This document shows, one piece after another, positions 18,230 to 27,224 of a stretch of DNA of 64,000 bases (positions within the stretch are counted from its first letter, which is position 1; every line of letters starts with the position of its first letter). The translations under genes were made by a program, and so were the position numbers. The stretch comes from a virus. Taxonomy: Duplodnaviria > Caudoviricetes. The notes under the pieces are model-generated. The model did no database searches, had not been told where the DNA came from, and worked only from the letters and a program-made list of their open reading frames with translations. The DNA is taken from IMG/VR virus record IMGVR_UViG_3300031414_000005, one strand, 5' to 3'.

Positions 18230-18291
18230 ACCTACTTGCTTCATTTTTTTTGCCTTGAAATTGTATAGCCCTTTTACCTGGAGACTTTCCT

Positions 18292-18702
18292 ATGTCTGAC
18301 GCCGATTACACCACCACCGTGGGAACCATGAGCACCCTGGGATGGGTGACGGACCCTGCTTTAAAGATTGACCGGTTGTTCTCTTACTGGTTGGCCTCCG
18401 AAGACAGCCAGTCCTACATCTATTACGGTAAGATCTTTAACTTCCAGCGGTTGATCGTGAAATATGACGGTCAACCAGAGTTACTTGCTTCTGCTGTTGC
18501 CCAACAGCTAACCGAAATGCTGGATGGTCATTTCCCGGGCCAGGTATCGGTGACCGCTGACCCCAAAGACCTGGCAGAATACGGCGGACGTTACCATTTA
18601 AATATAAACGTATCGTTGTCATTGAATGATAAACTTTATGACGTGCCGAAAACCTTAGAGGTCGATGGGACGTTGTGGAAACAACTTAATATTCGAGATT
18701 AA
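18292..18702 (+). CDS. Conserved phiKZ-like core protein
   Basis: 136 aa with a TMST.GWV.D motif; first gene of the SbcD operon. Confidence 0.7.
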   Translation: MSDADYTTTVGTMSTLGWVTDPALKIDRLFSYWLASEDSQSYIYYGKIFNFQRLIVKYDGQPELLASAVAQQLTEMLDGHFPGQVSVTADPKDLAEYGGRYHLNINVSLSLNDKLYDVPKTLEVDGTLWKQLNIRD

Positions 18703-18707
18703 TTATT

Positions 18708-19343
18708 ATGGATCAACAACACAATCCAGATATCGAACCGGCGTTAGAAGAAATGCAGCAGCTGTTAAAAGACAGCCGTGAAGTGGGGCTGGGTCGGATG
18801 CAGTTGGATGAAGCCACATTCAGACGGGAGTGGCTGGGTGCGTTTGCAGGTGGGGAAGGTTACCTGAATGCCAACAAGTGGGTGTTCGAAGTGGCCGGTA
18901 GCTATTACACCCCGGTTGATGTGATGAAGAACGGGGAAGTGGTCTTTACGATTCCGCCGATCACCACCCCGGTGTTACCGACGGAAGAAAACGGGGCGTG
19001 GAACCGTGCGAGCAATGAACTGGATGTGCAACGCCAGAACAATCGTCGCTCACAAACGTTCAGTCAAATGGTGGAACAGTTCACCCCGGAAACCCGTGAC
19101 AACCCGACTGCACTGTCCTTAATGTTGAACAAAGTGTTCGATTACTATGAGCTGGATGTTGTGGCTTATCGTGCCGGTCTGCATTGTCGCGACCAGTTGG
19201 GTATTGATCCGGAATCTGAAGCAGGCCAGGCGTACATCGCCGAGGTGAAACGTCAGGTAAAGAATCCGTCTTCTGCAACGAATCAGGTGCAATCCAGCAC
19301 CAGTGATGGTGAAGACGGCGGTTGGGACGAAGAGGTATTGTAA
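18708..19343 (+). CDS. Conserved hypothetical protein
   Basis: 211 aa with a W..EVAG..Y.PVDV......V.F.IPP motif; acidic C-terminus. Confidence 0.75.
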   Translation: MDQQHNPDIEPALEEMQQLLKDSREVGLGRMQLDEATFRREWLGAFAGGEGYLNANKWVFEVAGSYYTPVDVMKNGEVVFTIPPITTPVLPTEENGAWNRASNELDVQRQNNRRSQTFSQMVEQFTPETRDNPTALSLMLNKVFDYYELDVVAYRAGLHCRDQLGIDPESEAGQAYIAEVKRQVKNPSSATNQVQSSTSDGEDGGWDEEVL

Positions 19344-20497
19344 TGTCTGAAGAGTTGAAACACACCCCGGTTGCAAAGCGCGTAGGGGCAGCAATACGCG
19401 GGTTGGAGTTTTCTGACTCTCATCTATTACATCGCCGCACCCCAGCAAAGAACACCTTGCTGGGGTTGGACAAAGCAATCTACCAGGATAACCAGTTAGC
19501 CAATATTGACATTATCTTTATTGCCGGGGATTTCTGGGACCGTGCTGTGGGTTTTCCTGACCGTGATTTGTTTGATGTGCAACAATGGGTGCGTCGCTTT
19601 GTGCGGGCCTGTGCAGAGAACAACGTTATCCTGCGGGTGTTGGAAGGCACCAGTTATCATGATTGGCGTCAGTCCAAAGAGTTCCTGGTCGACACCAGTG
19701 GGTGTGATGTTCGCCATGTCACTGAACTCAGTATCGAACACATTGAAGCGCTGGACATCACGGTTCTTTATCTGCCGGATGAGCACAAGACCAACCCCGA
19801 AGAAACCTGGCAGGATGTTTTACACCTGCTGGCCCAGCACAAGCTGGAGAAAGTTGACTTCGTGGTGATGCACGGCGGTTTCCATTATCAGTTCCCTCCC
19901 ATGCAAAGGCAGACCACCCACGATGAAAACCGGTACAACGGTATTACCCGGTATGGGTGTTTCTCCGGCCACATCCACCAAGCGTCCAACTGGAAAAACA
20001 TTTACGTGGCGGGGTCTTTTGACCGCACTGGGCACGGGCACGAGGAACGCAAAGGCTACTATACGTTCACCCTCGATAAAGCGCACGATTCTTTTAAATG
20101 CACTTGGCGGGAAAACACCCTAGCCCTGCATTACGGCACCATCGATTGTGAAGGCATGGATGCAGACGCAGTGTTACTGGCGATTGAAAAATACATTGCG
20201 AAACATAAAGTCAAACCGGCCAGTTATCTCCGCCTTAAAAATGGTGAAGCCGATATTATCAATGGGATGTTGAGCGTTATTAAAAGCATGTACCCGCTTT
20301 TAAAGTTTGACGTCTTGAATAAAAGTCATGTGGAAGAAGTCACCACAGAAAAACGTTACGACGAATCACTGTACCAGGGTTACAATATTGATCGACACAA
20401 CATCGAACAAGCATTGCTGGATTACATGTGTCGCCGCGACATGGTGACTGACGACCAGATTCCATTAATCAGAAGTTTGGTTGAGGAACTACGATGA
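19343..20497 (+). CDS. sbcD: SbcD/Mre11-family nuclease
   Basis: Metallophosphoesterase motifs SDSH, GDFWD, GTSYHD, HGGF and GHIH. Confidence 0.88.
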   Translation: MSEELKHTPVAKRVGAAIRGLEFSDSHLLHRRTPAKNTLLGLDKAIYQDNQLANIDIIFIAGDFWDRAVGFPDRDLFDVQQWVRRFVRACAENNVILRVLEGTSYHDWRQSKEFLVDTSGCDVRHVTELSIEHIEALDITVLYLPDEHKTNPEETWQDVLHLLAQHKLEKVDFVVMHGGFHYQFPPMQRQTTHDENRYNGITRYGCFSGHIHQASNWKNIYVAGSFDRTGHGHEERKGYYTFTLDKAHDSFKCTWRENTLALHYGTIDCEGMDADAVLLAIEKYIAKHKVKPASYLRLKNGEADIINGMLSVIKSMYPLLKFDVLNKSHVEEVTTEKRYDESLYQGYNIDRHNIEQALLDYMCRRDMVTDDQIPLIRSLVEELR

Positions 20498-21294
20498 GCG
20501 GACGTACGCTTGGGTTGTTACCGATTTCGGTCGGGACATCCCTGGCGTTTGAGACGTTGATGGCCAGTCCCGGTGAACCGATTGAAGCCTTGTACTTTAA
20601 TCTGCGCACGCTGTTTCGTAATGCTTATCAGGCGTATGAGACAGACGACCGGGAACGGGTCAAACCTCAGCAGTTGTATGAGGATGTGATCCGTGATTTG
20701 CAGGAGGTGGATCGCGTGAAGGGGCAACTGGGTAAGAACCCGAACCCGGAGATGTTGATCTATTATCCGAGCTACAAAGGCCTGGAGCGGCGTTTCAGAC
20801 ACGCCAGGGTGTGGAAGCCCACCACTGAGCTGCAACTCAAATACGCACAGCTGGAAGCCAATGTGTGCGGGGATATTGCCAAAGCGTTAAAAGACCATGT
20901 CAAAGAAACCGATGTTGCTTTACCCATGACCACCAAGAAGACCTACCTGTTGACCCATCATCCGGTAGACCTGATTGTGAAGTCTGGGTTTGGTGAAATC
21001 AAACTACTCGAATCACATACAGGGGCAGTTAAGAGCCGAAAGCTGTGGCACACCAAACTTACCAATGGTAAGAACCTGGAAGCCATGCCGTTCAACTCAC
21101 TGACCTTGCAAGTGTTCGGGGACAACTCCACCAATTTCAAAGCCATGTCATTAAAACTCAAGCAGACCCTGTTAAAGTTATCCGCCGATAACAACTGGTC
21201 CTCACTGACTACCAATGATAGGGTGCGATATTGTTTACCGCAGGTGGCAGATCACCCCTTGCGTAACATGTTCATTGACATGCTGCGCGATTAA
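20494..21294 (+). CDS. Conserved phiKZ-like protein (possibly a 5'-nuclease/PIN-like fold)
   Basis: 266 aa with PISVGT.LA, FNLRTL.RN and LLESHTG motifs; coupled to sbcD by an ATGA overlap. Confidence 0.6.
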   Translation: MSGRTLGLLPISVGTSLAFETLMASPGEPIEALYFNLRTLFRNAYQAYETDDRERVKPQQLYEDVIRDLQEVDRVKGQLGKNPNPEMLIYYPSYKGLERRFRHARVWKPTTELQLKYAQLEANVCGDIAKALKDHVKETDVALPMTTKKTYLLTHHPVDLIVKSGFGEIKLLESHTGAVKSRKLWHTKLTNGKNLEAMPFNSLTLQVFGDNSTNFKAMSLKLKQTLLKLSADNNWSSLTTNDRVRYCLPQVADHPLRNMFIDMLRD

Positions 21295-21359
21295 TTTCTG
21301 ACATAACTGCTTTATTGTTTGTAGCGTACTAAGTTTATTCTAATGGAGTGATAACCCCA

Positions 21360-22121
21360 ATGAGCGATTTTAAAGGTAAGAACCAGAACGCCCGTCCGCG
21401 TACGCCGATGAGCGATTACCGCAACCAGCTCGCCGGCCCGATTCAAAACGGTGCGACCTTACCGTCCAACTTTTTCATGACCCTCAACGGTTCTAACCAG
21501 ATTGCGATCTGTGTGAACACCAACGTAAAAGAAGATGAGAACTACGGTCGCTTCGATATCGTTATGCCGTTGAGCGCTGCTTATCAGGTATTGGCTACCC
21601 TGCGTTACCTGATGGAAAACCCAACCCAAACCAAACTGGGTTATGCCGTGAAAGATTACGGTTTCATCCGTGAAGGCGGCAAAGGTAAACGTACCGATCA
21701 GCCGATTGTGAAAGGCCGGGTGATTTGTGGTCGTGATGACAACGGCCAGCTGTACATCGGTCTGGCACTGAAAAACAAACAGAACATCAAGTTCGGTTTT
21801 GTGATGGCCAACTTCAACGAAGTGGTCGGTGCTGACGGTCAGGCCATGGGTCTGGATATCCAGTCTCATATCGCGTGCTCTGCTTTCGTGGTTCAATACG
21901 AACACATGCTTCCTCATATCCTGAACAAGTTCTGGAAAGAAGAAGAGAAGAAAGAAGGCAACACTGGCGGTGGTAACGGCGGTGGCTACAACAACAACCG
22001 CGGTGGTAACAATGGCGGCGGTGGCGGTTATAACAATAACCGTGGTGGCAACTCGGGTGGCGGTAATGGCGGCGGCAAGCCGAGCAATGATTTCGACGAC
22101 GATCTGCCGGACGATTTCTAA
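21360..22121 (+). CDS. chmC: ChmC-like nucleus-associated RNA-binding protein (phiKZ gp67-like)
   Basis: Beta-rich domain plus a Gly/Asn-rich disordered tail; immediately upstream of the sigma-like nvRNAP subunit and PicA. Confidence 0.7.
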   Translation: MSDFKGKNQNARPRTPMSDYRNQLAGPIQNGATLPSNFFMTLNGSNQIAICVNTNVKEDENYGRFDIVMPLSAAYQVLATLRYLMENPTQTKLGYAVKDYGFIREGGKGKRTDQPIVKGRVICGRDDNGQLYIGLALKNKQNIKFGFVMANFNEVVGADGQAMGLDIQSHIACSAFVVQYEHMLPHILNKFWKEEEKKEGNTGGGNGGGYNNNRGGNNGGGGGYNNNRGGNSGGGNGGGKPSNDFDDDLPDDF

Positions 22122-22133
22122 TCACCTAAACCA

Positions 22134-22159
22134 GGAGAGGGCTGCGGCCCTCTCTTATT
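22134..22159 (+). terminator. Intrinsic terminator
   Basis: GAGAGGGC-TGCG-GCCCTCTC stem. Confidence 0.7.
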
Positions 22160-22169
22160 GCGCGACCTC

Positions 22170-22193
22170 AAAAATATACGGACCTATATTACC
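22170..22193 (+). promoter_or_regulatory. Candidate early promoter motif A
   Basis: AAAAATATACGGACCTATATTACC; contains the phiKZ-type early TATTAC element. Confidence 0.65.
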
Positions 22194-22233
22194 TACGTGT
22201 TATGCAATAGTTAATGTCATCGTGGAGATTAAG

Positions 22234-23766
22234 ATGCAACTTGAATATACCTTGAGCGGCCGTAATGCGCTCGATAAATTCATCGCGGTTAGCGATAATG
22301 GCGAGCGTGTCGAGTTCGAGGTGGGTAATTTTCATAAGACCAAGCCACTGGACTATGAAGGCACGTTTGATGAGATCAACCTTTACCTGCGCGTGATCCC
22401 ACAGCAGGACAAAAATAAGCTCTTCCATTTCTTTAAACAAGGTAACGACATTCTGAACCAGTCTTTACCTAACCCAAAGTACCTGCTCCCAAAACTGTTA
22501 CCTCTGGTGACCCAGATGTATCAGGTGTTTGACCTGGAGCGGTTTTCAATGTTTAACCGTAATAAACGAATTATTGAAATTCCCCCGAACCTGTCGGGTG
22601 AAGAAGACGCCTATTATCCGGCGGCCACGACGTATAACGACACCGAGTATTATCACTTGGTGGAATTTGCGATCGCGGTACATCTGATCTCGCCGATTGT
22701 GGGTGAGTTCATTAAAAAGGTACGCCAAGTCACCGGTACCGATTTCAAAGAGCTGGCAGCCTATCCGCTGTTTGCGAACACCCCACTGGCGACCATGATG
22801 GGTTGGCAGAAACTGAACCACTACACCAAAGCTCAGGCGGCCCGTCAGCCGGAGTCGATTGGTCCGGCCTTAGAAGGGTTAGGTCCATCGGGGTACATTC
22901 AGTATCTGGTTGCACAAACCGTGGTACGGCGTCTGTGTATCAACAAAACGCAGTACGGCCCGGATCAGAAAAAGAACCTGGTCAGTGTGGTCTACGGTAC
23001 GGTGAACCGCAACAGCAGTAGCAGCAGTGTTGGCGGGATTGTCAGGAAGAAGTCAGATTACACCCACCGCGGTGATGACGACAAAGACCGGGCATTCACC
23101 GAAACGTACAAAATGAAACAGGAGGTTCTGGAGTCCGCAATCATCGGCAGTGAAGAGTTCTTCCTGTTCGACTTGTTTGACATCAACGGGGAGCAACGGC
23201 CTACTCCGTTTGAGATCTCTGCCCGTACCGTGCACCCGGATCTGGATCCTGCACTGGTGCGTAAATGTTTCTATGCGATTCCGGAAGGCTGGACGTATGA
23301 CCTGATGACCCATGCGCTCATCATCATGCAGGTGGCCAACGGCACCCGTCTGTCACCGGAAGCGATCATCAATTTCAGTTACATTGGTTTAATGAGTGTG
23401 GTTGCCCATACTCAGGCTGATCTGATTCGTCGTGGTTATGAATACCTGCCGGCGTTGGTGAGTTCGATCATCGACACCGAAGGGGACGTCACCGACTATG
23501 ACGATGAAATGCAGTTGTTCAGTGATGAGAAAAAGTTGCTCGCCGAGCGCTATCACGTCACGTTACCGCCGCATGATCGTGCCAACAACATCGGGATCCG
23601 GAGCATGGAAATGTTCTTGGACTCTGTGAAGAAGCACCCGTTAGTATCCACATTACCTTCACCGTTTACCGCGGGTACTCACGTATCCAACGGCGACCTC
23701 ATTTCAGTTGAGATAAACGGTGCTGTCAAAAAAGAAATGTTAGCCTTAGTCTTGGGAGTTAAATAA
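22234..23766 (+). CDS. Non-virion RNAP promoter-specificity (sigma-like) subunit, phiKZ gp68-like
   Basis: 510 aa from ATG 22234 (GGAG RBS; the track start is read-through of the ChmC region). Size and position fit gp68. Confidence 0.7.
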   Translation: MQLEYTLSGRNALDKFIAVSDNGERVEFEVGNFHKTKPLDYEGTFDEINLYLRVIPQQDKNKLFHFFKQGNDILNQSLPNPKYLLPKLLPLVTQMYQVFDLERFSMFNRNKRIIEIPPNLSGEEDAYYPAATTYNDTEYYHLVEFAIAVHLISPIVGEFIKKVRQVTGTDFKELAAYPLFANTPLATMMGWQKLNHYTKAQAARQPESIGPALEGLGPSGYIQYLVAQTVVRRLCINKTQYGPDQKKNLVSVVYGTVNRNSSSSSVGGIVRKKSDYTHRGDDDKDRAFTETYKMKQEVLESAIIGSEEFFLFDLFDINGEQRPTPFEISARTVHPDLDPALVRKCFYAIPEGWTYDLMTHALIIMQVANGTRLSPEAIINFSYIGLMSVVAHTQADLIRRGYEYLPALVSSIIDTEGDVTDYDDEMQLFSDEKKLLAERYHVTLPPHDRANNIGIRSMEMFLDSVKKHPLVSTLPSPFTAGTHVSNGDLISVEINGAVKKEMLALVLGVK

Positions 23767-23767
23767 A

Positions 23768-25192
23768 ATGTTGAAGCCTATCCTCGAAAAAATGAATTTC
23801 GCCCGCACCCCACGCTATCATGAAATGCACCGTCGTCCTTGGGCTGCGTACCGTGATGGCCAGGTGATGGATTGGATTGGTAGTGCGACAAACAACATGA
23901 GTTCTTTGCCTGACGAAGGCGGGTTAAGTCAGTTGGCCGCCAACATGATTCGTCCGTCGGCGCAGAGTGAGGGTGCTGCGATGATTGACAACGGCTGGGA
24001 TCAGGACCGTGCCGTCTGGATGGCGAAAGTGGTTCTGATGCAAACGCAGAACTCCCGTACAGTGAAATACCTGAGCGGTTACACCAACCACTTTGGTTTC
24101 AAGGGTACACCAACCCGCTGGAACAGCGACCCGGAAATGCGTCTGTATGTGAACAAGGTCTTTACGTTCCAGGAACGCATGATCATGATCAACGGCGTGC
24201 CAAGCAAACAGCTGATCATGCTGGACAACAACCAGGTGTTGGTTGGTCGTCACGGTCGTGTGGATAATCCCCGCAATGACATGACGATTCGTCCGTCTGA
24301 CATCTATTCCCAGATGCACAACAACTATCTGGCGTCACAGGCCAGCCAGTTTGGCAGCGGGGGTCAGATCAATCTGGATACCCGTATCGCATTCGGTGAT
24401 TCCATTAAACTCAGCAATACCCACAACACGTCACAGACCGGTTACCTGGCCCGTCTGTTGGGTGCGGGCATCGCGTCTAACCAGAGCATCGATACCGGGG
24501 CGGGTGGTTATGACGTCAATGTGCTGCGTACTGGCGAGCATGTGCACGAACGTCTGGTCAGTCAGGACCCGGTGCTGAACAACTTCAAGATGCAATCTGA
24601 CTTCATGAATGACGGCTTCGTCACCATGCGTGAGATGAGCGAGATGTTCAGCAATATGCATCAGGTTATGGCGACACCGTCAGGTCTGGATAAGCAGGCT
24701 ATTAACCTGGCGCTGAACAACCCAGGCTTTGGTGGTGCGGGTAACGAACTGATTCAGGCATTGACCATCCACGGTATTGTTTCTGAACTGATGATGGACA
24801 ATATGTTGACGACGATGACGTTTACGGCGTCTAATCAGACGCAGAATGGTCAGATGAAGTTCGAGGTGCCGTTGATGAAGAGCTTCATCGATGGTCGCAA
24901 CCCACGTGAAGATGCTGAGACGTTCCGTCGCCGACTGGAAACCCTGTACTTCCTGCCACTGCGTACCCCGTATGGTCTGAAGCCTGTGACCTTCAGTATG
25001 AACACCGGCTTGACTTCTTCTACTGAGATTCGTATCTCGCTCGATGGCGGACCGGTGCATACGTATCACTTCCCGACGTTTGCTGACTCGTCCTTTACGC
25101 CGGTTATGACCAGCGACCAGAAAGCCGTGCAAGGTGTTGCAAGCACCATCAGTGACGTACTGTCTAATTTTAACCGTAACTTAGTGCATTAA
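23768..25192 (+). CDS. picA: PicA/Imp1 protein-import factor (phiKZ gp69-like)
   Basis: 474 aa directly after the gp68-like gene; I..GW...R..W and P.F.DS..TP motifs; mainly synteny. Confidence 0.68.
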   Translation: MLKPILEKMNFARTPRYHEMHRRPWAAYRDGQVMDWIGSATNNMSSLPDEGGLSQLAANMIRPSAQSEGAAMIDNGWDQDRAVWMAKVVLMQTQNSRTVKYLSGYTNHFGFKGTPTRWNSDPEMRLYVNKVFTFQERMIMINGVPSKQLIMLDNNQVLVGRHGRVDNPRNDMTIRPSDIYSQMHNNYLASQASQFGSGGQINLDTRIAFGDSIKLSNTHNTSQTGYLARLLGAGIASNQSIDTGAGGYDVNVLRTGEHVHERLVSQDPVLNNFKMQSDFMNDGFVTMREMSEMFSNMHQVMATPSGLDKQAINLALNNPGFGGAGNELIQALTIHGIVSELMMDNMLTTMTFTASNQTQNGQMKFEVPLMKSFIDGRNPREDAETFRRRLETLYFLPLRTPYGLKPVTFSMNTGLTSSTEIRISLDGGPVHTYHFPTFADSSFTPVMTSDQKAVQGVASTISDVLSNFNRNLVH

Positions 25193-25204
25193 TAAGGGCC
25201 TGTC

Positions 25205-26761
25205 ATGAAACTGGTTGATCAATATATCAGCATCCTGGAATCTCTGGGTGGGACTGTCGCCGAAGACGGTCGTGTTACCCTCAATACCGCCGGGACTGAG
25301 ATCCCGGTACTGGTGCGCAACGCCGGTGACCGTGCGTTGTATGTTCCTACTCGCACACAGCTGGACAACCCGGACTGGGAGCACCGTGCTTACTTCCATC
25401 CGCTGGCCGAGTCTTATGTGGGGGGTGAATCTGAAATCATTCAAACCCTGCGTGAACTGATCCTGGTGCGTATCACTGAGCAGGTTTATCTGCACGGTGA
25501 AAACCTGCTGCTGTTGGCGATTGATGATAAACGTCAGGCGAAACTCAAAGACAACCAACTGGATGTCATGAAACGCCTGGCGGAAACCGATGAAACCACC
25601 ATCAGTCATTTCCGTTCCATTATCTCTGCATCCACCATTAACTATGAAGGCGGTGAAGATCGTCGTCTGGTGGCGATGTACCTGAAACGTGGCGGTAACT
25701 ATAAAGGTCGCGGTGTGACTCGTCTGTGCACCACGTTCTTCCCGGTGTATGACCAGCTGCGCAAACTCGAAGGCCGTAAAGCCAAAGACTGTAAAGTCTT
25801 CGGCGTGGACCTGCGTCTGAAGGATGTGAAAATCCTGACAGCGCTGTTCGAAATCCTGTTCCCGAACATCGAAGACGACAACGAGTTTTACTCGGACGGT
25901 ACGGAGTCGCGCACCGCGCCATACTTCACCTGTCTGATGAACTCGTTCCTGAAAATCGCTGGGGCGTTGAACCAGAACGCGATGCTGTTCTCCCGTGCCT
26001 GTAAAGAGCTGGAGAAAATCCAGATCAAATGGGGTGAACACATGGACAGCCTGACCAAGTTCAATGGCGAGATCCCTTCCCTGCCTTATAACCTCGGCAC
26101 TGATGATGAGGTCAATGCAGTGAAAGATGATACCCCACCGTGGGATACCAAAGCACAAACGCAACATGTTGCACCGACCAGTCAGCCGGTCAGCAAAGAG
26201 AAACCCAGCAACCTGATGAGCAGTATTCGCAGCCACTTCCTGTCAACGGGAAATGACGTGAACACCGCACCGCGTCCGGTTAACGTACCGCAACACACCG
26301 ACGGGGGTAATGTCACAGTGGGTGGTTGGGGTGCGCCAGCAGTGCCACAACAACAGGCACCGCAGCAGCAATCCTCCGGGGGTTGGTGGCAGTCAAATGC
26401 ACCGGCGCAGGCAGCACCGCAGCAACAACCCGCAAACAACGGTTGGGGCACACCTCCGCAGCAAGCGAATACCACCCAGCGTGTGATTCAGCAGAATGGC
26501 GTGGAAGTGTTACTGACTATTGATGCAAACGGTACTGTGATTGGTAGCCAGCAGTTAGGTCAGAGTGCAGCTGCGGCAGCACCGGCTAATAACGGCTGGG
26601 GTACACCACCACCACAGAACAACGGTTGGAATGCGGCACCTGCTCAAGCAGCACCACAGCAAAGCACCGGCGGTTGGGGTACAGCAGCCAGTAATGGTTG
26701 GGGTGCGCCTGCGCAAAACAACAATGGTTGGGGTGGTAATTCATCTGGCGGTTGGGTGTAG
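25205..26761 (+). CDS. Conserved nucleus-block protein (phiKZ gp70-like) with a GW-repeat disordered C-terminus
   Basis: Folded N-terminal ~300 aa (FHPLAES...GES; AP.F..L); Q/N/G/A/P-rich tail with 9 GW motifs. Confidence 0.7.
   Translation: MKLVDQYISILESLGGTVAEDGRVTLNTAGTEIPVLVRNAGDRALYVPTRTQLDNPDWEHRAYFHPLAESYVGGESEIIQTLRELILVRITEQVYLHGENLLLLAIDDKRQAKLKDNQLDVMKRLAETDETTISHFRSIISASTINYEGGEDRRLVAMYLKRGGNYKGRGVTRLCTTFFPVYDQLRKLEGRKAKDCKVFGVDLRLKDVKILTALFEILFPNIEDDNEFYSDGTESRTAPYFTCLMNSFLKIAGALNQNAMLFSRACKELEKIQIKWGEHMDSLTKFNGEIPSLPYNLGTDDEVNAVKDDTPPWDTKAQTQHVAPTSQPVSKEKPSNLMSSIRSHFLSTGNDVNTAPRPVNVPQHTDGGNVTVGGWGAPAVPQQQAPQQQSSGGWWQSNAPAQAAPQQQPANNGWGTPPQQANTTQRVIQQNGVEVLLTIDANGTVIGSQQLGQSAAAAAPANNGWGTPPPQNNGWNAAPAQAAPQQSTGGWGTAASNGWGAPAQNNNGWGGNSSGGWV
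26323..26758 (+). repeat. Degenerate coding repeats (NNGWG/GGWG)
   Basis: Nine GW motifs separated by Q/A/P-rich spacers. Confidence 0.9.
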
Positions 26762-26771
26762 TCACTTAAAT

Positions 26772-26793
26772 GGGGAGAGCTTGCGCTCTCCCC
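26772..26793. terminator. Bidirectional terminator
   Basis: GGGGAGAGC-TTGC-GCTCTCCCC flanked by AAA and TTT, between convergent genes. Confidence 0.8.
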
Positions 26794-26816
26794 TTTAACA
26801 TGGCCTTTGTTTTTTC

Positions 26817-27152
26817 TTACTGTTTGCGTAATTGATACAATTCCTTAATTTCGGACAGATCGTCATCTTTTATAATGAGGATCGATTTTCCGGGCTTCAC
26901 TTCCTCGAAAGGATTTGTCACCTCATTAATGCGGGTAATGATCCAATGCAAATCAGGGCTGATGGCCATGGCTTGCAACACCCGATAGAAATTGTAGCGG
27001 TTCGCGTTGGCCTCTTGCAATGGAGGGACTTGCTCAAGTTGGGCCTTGGCTTTCAGCAGATCCAGATGTTCACGCAACACCTCACGAAAGGTGGCATCAA
27101 ACATCAGGGGATCGCCGACCGGTGGTTTACTGGTGCTCAGAATAATGCTCAT
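26817..27152 (-). CDS. Small protein resembling T4 gp53/LysM-like baseplate proteins
   Basis: DLHWIITRINEVTNPF..VKPG..I resembles the gp53/tail-X pattern; AAGGGA RBS 8 nt upstream of ATG 27152. Confidence 0.5.
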   Translation of the reverse strand: MSIILSTSKPPVGDPLMFDATFREVLREHLDLLKAKAQLEQVPPLQEANANRYNFYRVLQAMAISPDLHWIITRINEVTNPFEEVKPGKSILIIKDDDLSEIKELYQLRKQ

Positions 27153-27166
27153 CGAACGCATCCCTT

Positions 27167-27190
27167 AAAAGTATAAAGACCTATATCATC
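27167..27190 (+). promoter_or_regulatory. Candidate early promoter motif A
   Basis: AAAAGTATAAAGACCTATATCATC upstream of the nvRNAP beta gene. Confidence 0.6.
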
Positions 27191-27224
27191 AGTGTGACAC
27201 CCCGAACAATTTAGGATTATTCCA

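Noticed and set aside
21970-22233. 598-aa version of the sigma-like subunit starting at 21970
   Set aside because: The extension is read-through of ChmC's repeat region and a terminator; ATG 22234 has its own promoter motif and RBS.
26323-26758. GW repeats as Argonaute-binding hooks
   Set aside because: GW/WG hooks bind eukaryotic Ago PIWI pockets; there is no Ago here and no evidence that prokaryotic Agos use them.
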